Positions 39,193-49,581 are shown, counted from the first letter of the stretch. The stretch: DNA of 64,000 nucleotides from an uncultured Gammaproteobacteria bacterium (GCA_964402565.1 CAYOCJ010000001.1:504802-568801); one strand, 5' to 3'. Program-made: numbers and translations. Notes: generated by a model from the letters alone, not told the origin.

Positions 39193-40248
39193 TCATTGAA
39201 GGAGTTGAGCCATGTCTTTCAGCAACGCTGCTTTATTTTTTTGGATCATACGCCTTTTCTTCTTGAACTTCGGCAACAGTTGGAAAAATTCCAACATTCC
39301 CTTCGGGCTTGAGCCGTCCAAAAAAGCTAAATAAAAAAACTTTCCTGTCTCGAACCAGATCACTGACGGCAATTTTTTTAGCGTAATACGCCACTGATGA
39401 TTTTTGTATACCGTGAGCAAATGGTTCCGATATGAGTATCGGTTTATGCCTGAGCGCTTTTTTCGATCAGAACGGTTTTTGGGACTAAGCTCTTGCATGT
39501 ATGAAAACTCAGTTCCATCATTTCCATTTGTGCTTACTGCGCGTATCGTACGCTGATGAAATGCTATTGCATCGCCGACCAAATGCTGCTCGCAATTCTG
39601 CAAGTTAAGCCGCCAGGCAATATCGACATCTTCCTTGTATAAGAAAAAATCCTCGTCAAAATACTCGTTACCGACGCCGCCGATCCGCGGTAGTTTCACG
39701 GCTTCAAGAGCAGACCTGCGGAACATGACGCATGCACCGCTTAATCCAAAAACGCGATGAGAAACCGTTGCTTGATTTTTTTCACTCTGCATGATATCGG
39801 ATGATCGATACGGTCCCTTCACTTGTATCCCGCAGCTGTCGATCGTCCCGACTGGCTGATGCGCAGCATGGTCCCATGAGAGCAGCTTCGGTCCGACCGC
39901 GCCTGCGTGGGCATGCGCATCTGCATATCGCACCAGGCGTTCGAGGCAATGTTCTTCAAAAATAAAATCAGGGTTCACGACAAGCACATATTCAGATTTT
40001 GACCAGGCAATCGAGAGGTTATGCGCCTTTGAAAAGCCGATATTTTCCTTTTGGCGGATGACCTTCGCACTAGGCATGCATTCGCTGACCACCGCTGCTG
40101 ATCGATCATAGGAAGCATTATCGATAGCGATCAATTCCCAGTCAGTGAATGTCTGAGCATGCAAGGAATCGCAAAAATCATGCAGGTATTTCTCGCTATT
40201 ATACGTGACGACGCTGATAGAGATTTTAGGCATATGCAGGTTCAACAC
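39193..40248 (-). CDS. Glycosyltransferase family 2
   Basis: ISISVVTYNSEKYL...LIAIDNASYDRS. The start may be a few codons downstream (MPKISI), since it overlaps the upstream gene by 23 nt. Confidence 0.82.
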   Translation of the reverse strand: MLNLHMPKISISVVTYNSEKYLHDFCDSLHAQTFTDWELIAIDNASYDRSAAVVSECMPSAKVIRQKENIGFSKAHNLSIAWSKSEYVLVVNPDFIFEEHCLERLVRYADAHAHAGAVGPKLLSWDHAAHQPVGTIDSCGIQVKGPYRSSDIMQSEKNQATVSHRVFGLSGACVMFRRSALEAVKLPRIGGVGNEYFDEDFFLYKEDVDIAWRLNLQNCEQHLVGDAIAFHQRTIRAVSTNGNDGTEFSYMQELSPKNRSDRKKRSGINRYSYRNHLLTVYKNHQWRITLKKLPSVIWFETGKFFYLAFLDGSSPKGMLEFFQLLPKFKKKRRMIQKNKAALLKDMAQLLQ

Positions 40249-41695
40249 TATGCTGTAGAACCAGCATCGTCAAGAGCACATAGCCAATGCCTAATGGGTG
40301 GTTCAAATACGGGCTGACGACATGCACGATCAGGATAAAAAAAAGTCCCGAAAGCATGGAGGCTGCCCACAATGCGTCAGTCGTGTCTGCTTTCGAAATG
40401 CGCATGCTGCGGCGGAATTGGCGCACCATAATGAATGCCCAGAGAAGCATCCCGAATAATCCCCATTTCAACCATTGGTCTAGGTACCCCCACTCAAAAG
40501 AATACGTAATGACATTTCCATCGGGGTTAGATGGATTTTTGATGCGGGGATCATTTGAATGATAGCGGACCGTTGTTCCGAAGCCCTGGCCTAAAAAGGG
40601 CGACACTTTGATCGCTGAGAGCAAAGGACCCAGCAGCTGAGCACGGGAGGTGCCGGCAGCATCATTTGCGGAGAAGCGGTCAGTCAATGCGCCCTGTATA
40701 TCCTTTCCCCCATTCGGAATAAAAATAAAAGCTACTACCAGAAACCCTGCTATCGCTAAGCTTATAAACACCTTCAATGATAGATGCACAGAGTCCATGA
40801 AGCGAATTTTTCTGCGAAAGACCGCGATCGCAAAGGTCAGACCCATGGCTACGAATAAGCCGATCCAATAACTGCGCGACATGCTTGCTATAATGCCCGC
40901 GAACAGCACCCCAAGGTACACAATGCGATTGACGCGCATCGTATGATCGTGAATGATCTCGGTGACTGCGTGCATGATGGCTATGCCGATGAACAGTTGT
41001 GATTGAATAAAGATGCGCCAAATCGCAGTTCCCGTGGCAGTGATCTCGCCGACTCTCGTATCTCTAATCCATAGATAGAGATACTGCACATTCAGAGCTT
41101 CATACTGGTTGGTAAAAATATTCATCAAGATCAGTGTTTTAAATGACAGCGCTAACGCAGCTCCGGTGAAGAGCGCTTTCAGAGCCGGGATCGTTTTCTG
41201 ATCATAGACCAGGTGCCATAGGGGAATATACAGCAAATACAGATATGCATTACCGTCAAAAAAAACTGCTCCAAGCGGATGATGCAATCCCAGCCCCCGC
41301 AGCGTTGCCCACGCTGCAGGCAAAGCCAATAGCGCGTACTGCAAAGCATCGCGCTGAAAACCATGCAATGGCACAAATCTGCCTGAGTAGCGTTTCCAGG
41401 CCCAGAATCCCACGCAGATCACAAATAATACTATCCGCACCGGCAAATGCACGGGACCTAATTGCCATTGCAATTCAGAGCCGAATGAACCCCAGGTCAG
41501 CTCAGCAAGCGGCAAAATGAGCAGATTGCGTTCATCCCTTGCGATACAAAAAAAGATAAAAAAGATGACCAGTGGGAGCAGGCACCAGTTAAAAAACGGA
41601 AAGGTATAGGCAGCAAGGGAAATAACATCCAAAACAAAAAAAGCTGTAATTGCATACAACACGTTGCGTGCTATTGATGGACTGTTATTTTCCAT
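40226..41695 (-). CDS. O-antigen polymerase/ligase-like polytopic membrane protein (Wzy/WaaL superfamily)
   Basis: About 12 predicted TM helices with a large periplasmic loop. It is embedded between GT genes and a Wzx flippase. Confidence 0.5.
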   Translation of the reverse strand: MENNSPSIARNVLYAITAFFVLDVISLAAYTFPFFNWCLLPLVIFFIFFCIARDERNLLILPLAELTWGSFGSELQWQLGPVHLPVRIVLFVICVGFWAWKRYSGRFVPLHGFQRDALQYALLALPAAWATLRGLGLHHPLGAVFFDGNAYLYLLYIPLWHLVYDQKTIPALKALFTGAALALSFKTLILMNIFTNQYEALNVQYLYLWIRDTRVGEITATGTAIWRIFIQSQLFIGIAIMHAVTEIIHDHTMRVNRIVYLGVLFAGIIASMSRSYWIGLFVAMGLTFAIAVFRRKIRFMDSVHLSLKVFISLAIAGFLVVAFIFIPNGGKDIQGALTDRFSANDAAGTSRAQLLGPLLSAIKVSPFLGQGFGTTVRYHSNDPRIKNPSNPDGNVITYSFEWGYLDQWLKWGLFGMLLWAFIMVRQFRRSMRISKADTTDALWAASMLSGLFFILIVHVVSPYLNHPLGIGYVLLTMLVLQHSVEPAYA

Positions 41696-42548
41696 AGCCG
41701 CGTATGCGTTGATAGACAGCGACCATCACCAGATTCAGCGGCACCGTCGCGAGTATGGAAAGATACCCGCGAAGTCCATAGTGCTTGCTATAGTAATGCA
41801 AGGCGCTTCGATTAAATAATTTTTGTTTCACGAGCGGCAGCGACTGGGAGAAGCTGCGTCCGCCATGGTGCGTGACCAGCACATGCGGTATATACCTGAT
41901 GCGTTCCCCTGCTTCACGGAATCGCTTGCTGAGATCGACTTCTTCGAACCAAAGAAAAAAACCTTCGTCAAAAAAACCTATGCGATCGAGCACCTCTTTG
42001 CGAATGAACATAGCCGCACCCATAGGCTGGTCTATATCCTGCTGCAGAGAAGGATCAAAATCATCGGCATAATACCGGCGCATGACCTTCACATGCGAAA
42101 GAAGGTATTGTAATTTCAATAAAATAATGACCTGTGAAGTAATGGTCGGGTCGCGCCTGATCGATCCTTTTTGAAAACTCCCGTCAGCATTGACGATCTG
42201 CGGCGCTGCAACGGCGACTCCGGGATGGTCGTCCATAAAGCTGATCAGCGATTCAAGAACTCCCTCATGTAACTCAGTGTCGGGATTTAAAATAAAAACA
42301 TACCTACCCTGCGCTTGTGCAAGGCCAATATTATTCGCGCGAGCGAATCCCCTGTTCATCCCCTGTGCCTTAACCTGCACCCATGGGTATTCGTCACGAA
42401 GCATTTCGAGGCTGCCGTCCGTGGAGCCATTGTCAACCACAATGACTTCTATGGTATAGGCATTGGTCCTGCGATGGATCGAGTCTAAGCATAATTTCAG
42501 ATACTCACGGACATTCCAGTTGACGATGATAATGGAGCAATCGACCAT
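41685..42548 (-). CDS. Glycosyltransferase family 2
   Basis: CSIIIVNWNVREYL...VIVVDNGSTDGS. Confidence 0.85.
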   Translation of the reverse strand: MVDCSIIIVNWNVREYLKLCLDSIHRRTNAYTIEVIVVDNGSTDGSLEMLRDEYPWVQVKAQGMNRGFARANNIGLAQAQGRYVFILNPDTELHEGVLESLISFMDDHPGVAVAAPQIVNADGSFQKGSIRRDPTITSQVIILLKLQYLLSHVKVMRRYYADDFDPSLQQDIDQPMGAAMFIRKEVLDRIGFFDEGFFLWFEEVDLSKRFREAGERIRYIPHVLVTHHGGRSFSQSLPLVKQKLFNRSALHYYSKHYGLRGYLSILATVPLNLVMVAVYQRIRGYGK

Positions 42549-42549
42549 A

Positions 42550-43716
42550 TCAGACGCTTAACTTCTTATCGATGATATCAAGCATCTGGCGGGTACTCGC
42601 TGACCATGAATATTCCTCGACCACCTGCGCACGGGCACGGTGCAACTCAGGCGTATCTTCCTGTAATGCGACGAATAGCTTTCTATTCATATCCTCATCC
42701 GTTTCCGCGATATACACATACTCTTTCAGCGAATCGACCCCAGAGCTCGAAGTAGCGAGCACCGGTATGCCACAGGCTAGGTATTCGTACATTTTCATCG
42801 GATTCGTCGAGGTGACGAATGCTGATGCCCGGTGCGGAATTAAGCCGACATCAAACTGCTGAATATACATGGGCGCTTCGGCGTATGATTTATAACCGAG
42901 CAGATGAATATTCGGCACTTCTTTCAAGGAACCGGCATCTGCATCATGCCAAACGGGGCCCACGATAACGAATGATTTGGCAGGATTTTTTTTCGCCAGG
43001 AATTTTATGAGATCAATGTCTACACGGTCTTGGACAACTCCGATATACCCGATGATTGGTTTTGGCAAGTCGGCGATATCGCGATTCACCAGCACATGCT
43101 TCGACTGGTAATGCGTTATGTCGACGCCGTTCGGAATCCAATAGACATTCGACTGATTATCAAAAAGCTTCTGGAGATCATCCGCGACCGTAAAGATCAC
43201 ATCGGTGGTTTTCTTGATCTGTTCGTAATTTTTTTTCAATCGCTCCTTGAATCGCGCATAGGAAGCATGCTCGATCCAATTATCAACGGCATCGAAAACG
43301 GTCAATTTTGGATCCAGCTGCTGGATATACGGTGTCATGAACGGGAAATATGACCAGACTACGCTCTCATGAAAATCGAGTTTCGCAGCTATTTTTTTTA
43401 CGCTCTGTATAAAATGGCCTGGCCGGATGCAAAACTCACTATTTGAATATACATACAGTTTATCAGAAAGCTTCGTTACTTTATCATATAATGACCACGA
43501 TATGACTTTTCCGTCCTTCAGAGGCGGTACAACATTTTCTATATGATTCCGCAGCGCTCTCTTCAAGGTCAACGGCGGATAATCGACCGCAAGAATTTTA
43601 CGTACCTGTTCGGATTGCAAAAGCTGGCGCAGTACATGATAGTTGCGATTGCTGACACCGCGCTGCCACTCAGCATATCCTGACATATTGAACATGATGA
43701 TATCGAACTGTTTCAT
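42550..43716 (-). CDS. Glycosyltransferase, GT-B fold (GT4-like)
   Basis: C-terminal GLIPHRAS...NPMKMYEYLACGIPVLATSSSGV matches the E-x7-E GT4 motif region. Confidence 0.7.
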   Translation of the reverse strand: MKQFDIIMFNMSGYAEWQRGVSNRNYHVLRQLLQSEQVRKILAVDYPPLTLKRALRNHIENVVPPLKDGKVISWSLYDKVTKLSDKLYVYSNSEFCIRPGHFIQSVKKIAAKLDFHESVVWSYFPFMTPYIQQLDPKLTVFDAVDNWIEHASYARFKERLKKNYEQIKKTTDVIFTVADDLQKLFDNQSNVYWIPNGVDITHYQSKHVLVNRDIADLPKPIIGYIGVVQDRVDIDLIKFLAKKNPAKSFVIVGPVWHDADAGSLKEVPNIHLLGYKSYAEAPMYIQQFDVGLIPHRASAFVTSTNPMKMYEYLACGIPVLATSSSGVDSLKEYVYIAETDEDMNRKLFVALQEDTPELHRARAQVVEEYSWSASTRQMLDIIDKKLSV

Positions 43717-43719
43717 AGC

Positions 43720-44814
43720 TTATGACAATATTTGCTCCAATACTTCTGCCTGCTGTTTCCAATCAGGAATAACGCTCAAATGCTGCTGAGCGTTCTTGCC
43801 AAGGAAGGCGGCTAGCTCGCGATCCTGCAGCAAATGGACCAGCGCTTCAGTGATATCCTCCAGGTTTTCGCCGTCTGCATATACCCCGCAGGCGTCGCCG
43901 CCGATCGCTTCAGCAGTACCCGGTGTTTTTCCCGCAAGGATGGGCAATGCAAAAAAAGCAGCCTCGAGGTATACGATGCCAAAACCTTCAATATCTCCTC
44001 CTATCGTACGTGTCGGCATCGCGAACAACGAAGCTTGTTTATAGTAAGCGCCCAATTTCGAGTCAGGCAGATCGCTGATGATATCGACGTGGCGCTCCAG
44101 GTGCAATTCGGTGATCAGCTCCTCTAAGTAACCCCGGTCAGGTCCGTCGCCTACAATGCAATAATGAGCATCGGGCACTTTTTTGATAACTTCCGGCATC
44201 GCCTGAATGATCATATCCTGTCCTTTGCGCTTGACCAGGCGTCCCACGGTTAAAATTAATTTCTTTTTTCCATACTTTTTTATCGCCTCGCCTGCTGCCT
44301 TATCATTTACGGATAATTTACCTTTATTGAAGTATGGGGTGATCACGGTAATCGGCGATTGCAGTTTCAGATCTGCAACTATCTTTTTAGTTGCCTGGCT
44401 ATTAACCACGATATGCTGCGCACCCTTTAAAATACTCGTGGTCATAGACCGCTTGTTTGCAAGCCCCAGATTGATATCAAGGCCATGCAACGATATGACA
44501 TACGGTATTTTCAAAGATTTGCCTACCGCTTGAGCTATATTACCGAGAGGAAGTACATTAGGCGTCATAATGCACTCGATGCCATGCTCTTTGGCTATTT
44601 TTTTTACTACTGAGATGCCTCTGAACCAGCTTGGCTTCATGAAAGAAGACAGGAGTTTTTTGTTGATGATCGGCACTCTTCGGTCAGATGCTTTTTGATC
44701 GGTCAATACGATGTACCTATGCGGAGGCAGATGTTCAAATAAGTTATAGCAATACCTGGCTATGCCGCCACGGTATGGATAGTATTCATGCGTTAGTAGT
44801 AAGGTCTTTTTCAT
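43720..44814 (-). CDS. Glycosyltransferase family 4
   Basis: LLLTHEYYPYRGGIARY N-terminus and a C-terminal FGIVYLEAAFFALPILAGKTPGTAE (EX7E) motif. Confidence 0.85.
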   Translation of the reverse strand: MKKTLLLTHEYYPYRGGIARYCYNLFEHLPPHRYIVLTDQKASDRRVPIINKKLLSSFMKPSWFRGISVVKKIAKEHGIECIMTPNVLPLGNIAQAVGKSLKIPYVISLHGLDINLGLANKRSMTTSILKGAQHIVVNSQATKKIVADLKLQSPITVITPYFNKGKLSVNDKAAGEAIKKYGKKKLILTVGRLVKRKGQDMIIQAMPEVIKKVPDAHYCIVGDGPDRGYLEELITELHLERHVDIISDLPDSKLGAYYKQASLFAMPTRTIGGDIEGFGIVYLEAAFFALPILAGKTPGTAEAIGGDACGVYADGENLEDITEALVHLLQDRELAAFLGKNAQQHLSVIPDWKQQAEVLEQILS

Positions 44815-46268
44815 GCCCGTTTCAAAAGCGCTTTTACTTGATGCAGCGTCTCATGCGTAATAATGTTCTGCACCCAAAGTCCGGCTACGTACACTCCTAC
44901 CCCGGCCAGAATAGCAATATACCATGGTCCATAGTGAAGCAACCCTCGAATAACAACGTAGCATAAGGCGCCGCTCAACAAAATTCTGAATGCGATCGAC
45001 AGAGCATCAGCGCTGTCAAAATGCAGTACTGTTTGCGCAACCATGATACCCAGCACAAAGACAACCGTCGTACTGATAAGAGATGCGATAGCTGCACCAG
45101 TGATGCCCAGCAAAGGGATCAAGATCACATTCAAAAAGACCGTGGCCACAACCCCGACAGCCAAATGCAGCGTCTGGCGGTTTTGCCTTCCGATGGCATT
45201 CAAGAGCGATCCAATGGGAAAATTTATAAAAAGAAGCGGCAGCGAAGCACAGAGCAAAATCAGCGGCATCACCGATCCTGCAAATTCATCTCGGTACACC
45301 AGCGGTATGATCACGCGCGCTGAACCTGCAATAATTGCAACAACAGGTACTGAAAAGATCAGCAGATAGGTGCATGCCTGTACGAAAATTCTCGGCAGCC
45401 GTTCACGGTCATGATGCCACATTGAGGTAAATGCCGGGTACAAGCTGGCTACGAATGCCATCGGAATGAACTGAAATGCAAAAGTGATCTTGTAGGCGAC
45501 ACTGTAAAGGCCAACGGCTGTGTCATTCAACAGTGCTTTAACGAGAATGGTGTCAGTGTACGCATTCGCTTTGATGCATAACATGGCTACTGCAAACGGA
45601 GCAGCCAGATACAGCAGGCGGATCAGCAGTTTTTGATCAAAGGCCACTGGCGCATGATTGACGAGCATCTTGCGCATAGCAGATATGCCTATCGCGCAGT
45701 TCACCATGCTGCCCAAGAGCAAGGCGCACATGAGAATGGTGACCGGCGCATGTTGATACATTGCAATGCCGCCTGCGCATAATACGGTCACCTGAAACAC
45801 AACGGCAGAAATGCTTTCGTACCATAGATTTTGAAAAGCGCGCACTGTGGCAAATAACGATAAGGATACGGTATCGAAGACCGCAATAGCAAGCGCAATA
45901 TAGATCAAATGCCTCTGAACAGCGTCGGGAGCGATCCATCCGCTCAGCCCAATAAGACCAAGGATCAATACAACAGCAAGCGCTGCTTTAATATACAGCG
46001 TGTGCCAAAGTATCTTTTTTGCATGCTCATGGTCACGGGCCACCTCGCGGGTCAATGCCGGCGTCAAACCAATATCAACAATGCCGATGACTATCCCTGC
46101 TACTGAAAGCGCAAAAAAATACTTGCCGGTCAACGCAGCGCCTAATGACCGGGCGATAAAGACAAAATACAAAAAAGAGAGCGCTTTCTGTATGGTCAGT
46201 GCAGCAATGTAAAATGTCGTATTTTTGGCTATTCTCGTACCCGTAACAGCTGTTTGCATGATGCTCAT
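44811..46268 (-). CDS. wzx: Wzx-type polysaccharide flippase (MOP superfamily)
   Basis: About 14 TM helices. The N-terminal NTTFYIAALTIQKALSFLYFVFIARSLG is typical of Wzx/PST family proteins. Confidence 0.75.
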   Translation of the reverse strand: MSIMQTAVTGTRIAKNTTFYIAALTIQKALSFLYFVFIARSLGAALTGKYFFALSVAGIVIGIVDIGLTPALTREVARDHEHAKKILWHTLYIKAALAVVLILGLIGLSGWIAPDAVQRHLIYIALAIAVFDTVSLSLFATVRAFQNLWYESISAVVFQVTVLCAGGIAMYQHAPVTILMCALLLGSMVNCAIGISAMRKMLVNHAPVAFDQKLLIRLLYLAAPFAVAMLCIKANAYTDTILVKALLNDTAVGLYSVAYKITFAFQFIPMAFVASLYPAFTSMWHHDRERLPRIFVQACTYLLIFSVPVVAIIAGSARVIIPLVYRDEFAGSVMPLILLCASLPLLFINFPIGSLLNAIGRQNRQTLHLAVGVVATVFLNVILIPLLGITGAAIASLISTTVVFVLGIMVAQTVLHFDSADALSIAFRILLSGALCYVVIRGLLHYGPWYIAILAGVGVYVAGLWVQNIITHETLHQVKALLKRA

Positions 46269-46534
46269 TATAGCAAGATATCAGGCCTTTAGACAACAAA
46301 AACTTCAACGCCGCCCGTGGTTTGCGGACAGTGTTATTGCGGCCCAAATCGCCGCTATCACCCATTCTTTGAATCTGAATCAGTCTTACATGCGCGACAT
46401 CCCCCGCATTCTATGCAGTGATCGGTTGGCGTTCCACAACCATCACAATTCCTTGGATACTTCTCGCTTCCGGTTTTTCTCTTGCAGGCATCACACCAGA
46501 TGCTCATGGTAGGCTCCTTTGTAGGTACGAAGTT

Positions 46535-46564
46535 CAAAAAAGAATAGTCCTTTCGGACTATTCT
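46535..46564 (-). terminator. Rho-independent terminator ending the ribosomal-protein operon (after rpsI)
   Basis: Minus strand reads agaatagtcc-gaaa-ggactattct followed by TTTTTT. Confidence 0.7.
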
Positions 46565-46588
46565 GTCGAAATATACTGTAACGTAATG

Positions 46589-46996
46589 TTAACGCTTTGA
46601 CCACTGAGGAGCTCGTCGTGCTTTCTTCAAACCCGGCTTCTTACGCTCTTTCACGCGCGGATCTCGAGTCAACATGCCATTTTTTTTGAGGGTTGCGCGG
46701 TATTCCTCGTTCATGACGATTAATGCTCTTGCAATACCAAGGCGAATTGCTTCAGCCTGGGAATTAATGCCGCCGCCTTGTACTTTGATAGTTACCGGCA
46801 GCATCTCATGGCCGGTCAATTTCAACGGGCTCATGATGACTTCCTGCCACTGCGGATAGTTGAAGTATGCGTCGTAATTTCTGTCATTCACGGTGATCGA
46901 AACTCCAGAACCAGCTTTCGCGTGAAGACGAACACGGGCGATCGATGATTTGCGCCGGCCAACTGTTGCAATATAATCTTTCTTCTTGGTCACCAT
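46589..46996 (-). CDS. rpsI: 30S ribosomal protein S9
   Basis: C-terminal ...KKARRAPQWSKR and an S9 core. Confidence 0.93.
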   Translation of the reverse strand: MVTKKKDYIATVGRRKSSIARVRLHAKAGSGVSITVNDRNYDAYFNYPQWQEVIMSPLKLTGHEMLPVTIKVQGGGINSQAEAIRLGIARALIVMNEEYRATLKKNGMLTRDPRVKERKKPGLKKARRAPQWSKR

Positions 46997-47001
46997 AGGT
47001 A

Positions 47002-47373
47002 TTATTTGGCTTTCTTTGCTTTAGTAAAAGTTAATCGCTTGATCATGACCGGACGCAGTTTGTTCTTTGGCAACATGGCATAGACCATTTTTCTCAAAAG
47101 CTCTTCCGGATTCGTCGCCATGCGTTCACCCAGGCTTTTACTCATAATGCCGCCAGGATAGCCCGTGAAACGATGATATTTCTTATTTGAAAGTTTCTTA
47201 CCGGTGAACTTCAGCTGTGCAACGTTTTCGACCGCAACAAAATCACCCGCATCAATGTGATGCTGAAAGCTGACTTTATGCTTGCCCTGCAGCCAGGTCG
47301 CAATCTGGCTTGCAAGCCTGCCGCCAACTTTTCCTGCTGCATCTACAGAGTGTTTTGTGCGTTCAATGGTCAT
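47002..47373 (-). CDS. rplM: 50S ribosomal protein L13
   Basis: The L13 core is ...DAAGKVGGRLASQIATWLQGKHK.... The start was trimmed to MTIERTKH at 47373, 2 nt after the rplQ stop; the longer track ORF overlaps rplQ. Confidence 0.88.
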   Translation of the reverse strand: MTIERTKHSVDAAGKVGGRLASQIATWLQGKHKVSFQHHIDAGDFVAVENVAQLKFTGKKLSNKKYHRFTGYPGGIMSKSLGERMATNPEELLRKMVYAMLPKNKLRPVMIKRLTFTKAKKAK

Positions 47374-47374
47374 A

Positions 47375-47725
47375 TTATACAAATTCAATGCGAACCATAG
47401 GCGCTGCATCACCCTGGCGCTGACCGAGCTTGGTGATGCGCAAATAGCCGCCAGGTCGCTCTTTATAGCGAGGTCCAAGCACTTCAAGAATTTTCTTAAC
47501 CGCTTTTTTCTCAGGCAAATACTTTCCCAGTTCCTGTTTAGCATGCAGAGACTTGACCTTGCCTTTCGTTACCAGGCGTTCAACAACGGGACGAATGGCA
47601 CGCGCCTTCGTCGCTGTGGTCGTTACTTTCTCATATAAAATAACGCTAGTCGCCAAATTCGAAAGCATAGCCTTGCGCGGCCCTGTCTTCCTTCCAAATT
47701 TAAATACTTTCTTTTGGTGGCGCAT
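47375..47725 (-). CDS. rplQ: 50S ribosomal protein L17
   Basis: MRHQKKVFKFGRKTGPRKAMLSNLATSVI matches the L17 N-terminus. Confidence 0.92.
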   Translation of the reverse strand: MRHQKKVFKFGRKTGPRKAMLSNLATSVILYEKVTTTATKARAIRPVVERLVTKGKVKSLHAKQELGKYLPEKKAVKKILEVLGPRYKERPGGYLRITKLGQRQGDAAPMVRIEFV

Positions 47726-47730
47726 ACGTG

Positions 47731-48501
47731 TTATTCAGCTGATGGTGCTTCTTCATTTTTTTCTGCTTTGTCTGCTTTCTCAGCCTTGGCCTTCTTCTTT
47801 GATTCCTTTACCGGCTCTGCTCCTGCAATTGCTGAGAACTGTTCCTGCAAGATGGCGACGCATTTCTGGACTGCATCTTCAGCGCTCATTGTGCCGTCAG
47901 TCGTTACTGATAAAACTACTTTCTCATAATCAGTACGTTGGCCGACTCGCGTATGCTCGATATTGAAACCGACATTAGCAATCGGGCTGAAGATCGAATC
48001 GATTTGCATCAAACCAATATCCTTCTTATCAACCACACGCTCCTCGACTGGCTCGTAGCCAATGCCTTTCTTAACCACAATTTCCATTGAAAGATCAGCC
48101 TTTTTATCCGTCAGAGTAGCGATAACCATATCAGTATTGATGATCTCAACATCAGCATTCTTCTTTATGTCTGCAGCGGTGACTTCCTTTTCGCCTTTTG
48201 CATGCAATTCAAGCGTTACCGGCTCATCACTGTGGCAAACGACGCGGAGTTTCTTCAAATTCATCATGATCTGTACGATATCTTCCTTCACATGATCCAG
48301 CGTATCGTATTCATGCTGTACGCCATTGACCTTGATGGCACATACTGCTGCGCCTGGCAATGATGATAACAGCACGCGTCGAAGCGCATTGCCTACCGTC
48401 GTTCCATAGCCAGGATAGCAAGGCTCAATGACGACCTCAGTCATATTGTTCTTGCCTGCAGTGTATTTCACCGTTGTTGGTGTTGGAATTGCGCTCGACA
48501 T
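47731..48501 (-). CDS. rpoA: DNA-directed RNA polymerase alpha subunit, NTD only (no alpha-CTD; Lys/Ala/Glu-rich tail)
   Basis: The alpha-NTD core is EPCYPGYGTTVGNALRRVLLSSLPGAAV. The protein is 256 aa and ends in ...KESKKKAKAEKADKAEKNEEAPSAE with no helix-hairpin-helix CTD. The next gene (rplQ) starts 6 nt downstream, so there is no room for a CTD. Confidence 0.85.
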   Translation of the reverse strand: MSSAIPTPTTVKYTAGKNNMTEVVIEPCYPGYGTTVGNALRRVLLSSLPGAAVCAIKVNGVQHEYDTLDHVKEDIVQIMMNLKKLRVVCHSDEPVTLELHAKGEKEVTAADIKKNADVEIINTDMVIATLTDKKADLSMEIVVKKGIGYEPVEERVVDKKDIGLMQIDSIFSPIANVGFNIEHTRVGQRTDYEKVVLSVTTDGTMSAEDAVQKCVAILQEQFSAIAGAEPVKESKKKAKAEKADKAEKNEEAPSAE

Positions 48502-48528
48502 AGCTTCGTAGTGTTAGTTTTTAAATTT

Positions 48529-49143
48529 TTAACGTGAATAGAACTCGACGATAAGATATGTTTCGATATTTTGCGGGAGCTCTTCAGGCTTTGGTTCTGC
48601 GGTCACCGTGATCGAAAGATCCTTAGCATTAACTGACAACCAGCCGGGAACATCTGCCTTTTTCATAGTTTCAAGTACATTCTTCCAATAGGTCGCTCCT
48701 GTTTTTGTGGCTCGCACCTTAATGACTTGGCCGACTTTCACGGTATATGACGGAATATCGACGCGGGCGCCGTTGATCTCGAAATGGCCATGGTTCACAA
48801 GCTGACGAGCTAATTGCTTCGTCGATGCGAGGCCTGAGCGGAACACCACATTATCAAGCCTCTTCTCAAGCAAGGTCATCAAATTAGTCCCAGCGCTGCC
48901 AGGCAATGCCTGAGCCTTTTTAAATGTATTTCTAAATTGACGCTCCAGCAAACCATAGATAAACTTGGCCTTCTGCTTTTCTCGCAGCTGCTTGCCATAA
49001 TCAGAGAGCTTGCCACGCGTCTTTTTCTGTCCATGCTGTCCCGGCGGATAATTCCGCTTAACAACTGGGCACTTGAAACTATCGCAAAGTTTGATTCCTT
49101 CGCGGCGGCAGAGTTTATGCTTTGGTCCTGTTTTACGAGCCAT
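48529..49143 (-). CDS. rpsD: 30S ribosomal protein S4
   Basis: MARKTGPKHKLCRREGIKLC N-terminus and an S4 domain. Confidence 0.93.
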   Translation of the reverse strand: MARKTGPKHKLCRREGIKLCDSFKCPVVKRNYPPGQHGQKKTRGKLSDYGKQLREKQKAKFIYGLLERQFRNTFKKAQALPGSAGTNLMTLLEKRLDNVVFRSGLASTKQLARQLVNHGHFEINGARVDIPSYTVKVGQVIKVRATKTGATYWKNVLETMKKADVPGWLSVNAKDLSITVTAEPKPEELPQNIETYLIVEFYSR

Positions 49144-49149
49144 ACTGTT

Positions 49150-49581
49150 TTATACTCTTCGGGCTTTCTTAGCGCGCACGCCATTGTGCGGGATCGGGGT
49201 TGTGTCCTTGATCGAGAGCACTTCAAGTCCAGCGCCATGCAAAGCGCGGACTGCTGATTCGCGTCCCTGTCCTACGCCTTTCACAAATACATCCACTTCT
49301 CGAAGCCCATATTCGCGGGCTTTCTCAACTGCAGCGCGTGAAATGATACCAGCTGCATAGGGCGTTGATTTCTTCGGCCCCTTGAACCCATTCTTCCCAG
49401 CGGATGACCAAGCCAGAACATTGCCCTGCGGATCAGTAATGCTGACGATAGTATTATTATAGGTTGCCTGCACATAGGCGCGGCCACGCGGAACGATCTG
49501 CTTCTTCTTTTTGCGTGCTTTAACCTTCGGCGCTGCAACTGCATCGGTAGTATCTGCTGCTGGTTTCTTTTGTTCGTCCAT
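49150..49581 (-). CDS. rpsK: 30S ribosomal protein S11
   Basis: C-terminal ...[18 protein letters not shown]. Confidence 0.93.
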   Translation of the reverse strand: MDEQKKPAADTTDAVAAPKVKARKKKKQIVPRGRAYVQATYNNTIVSITDPQGNVLAWSSAGKNGFKGPKKSTPYAAGIISRAAVEKAREYGLREVDVFVKGVGQGRESAVRALHGAGLEVLSIKDTTPIPHNGVRAKKARRV

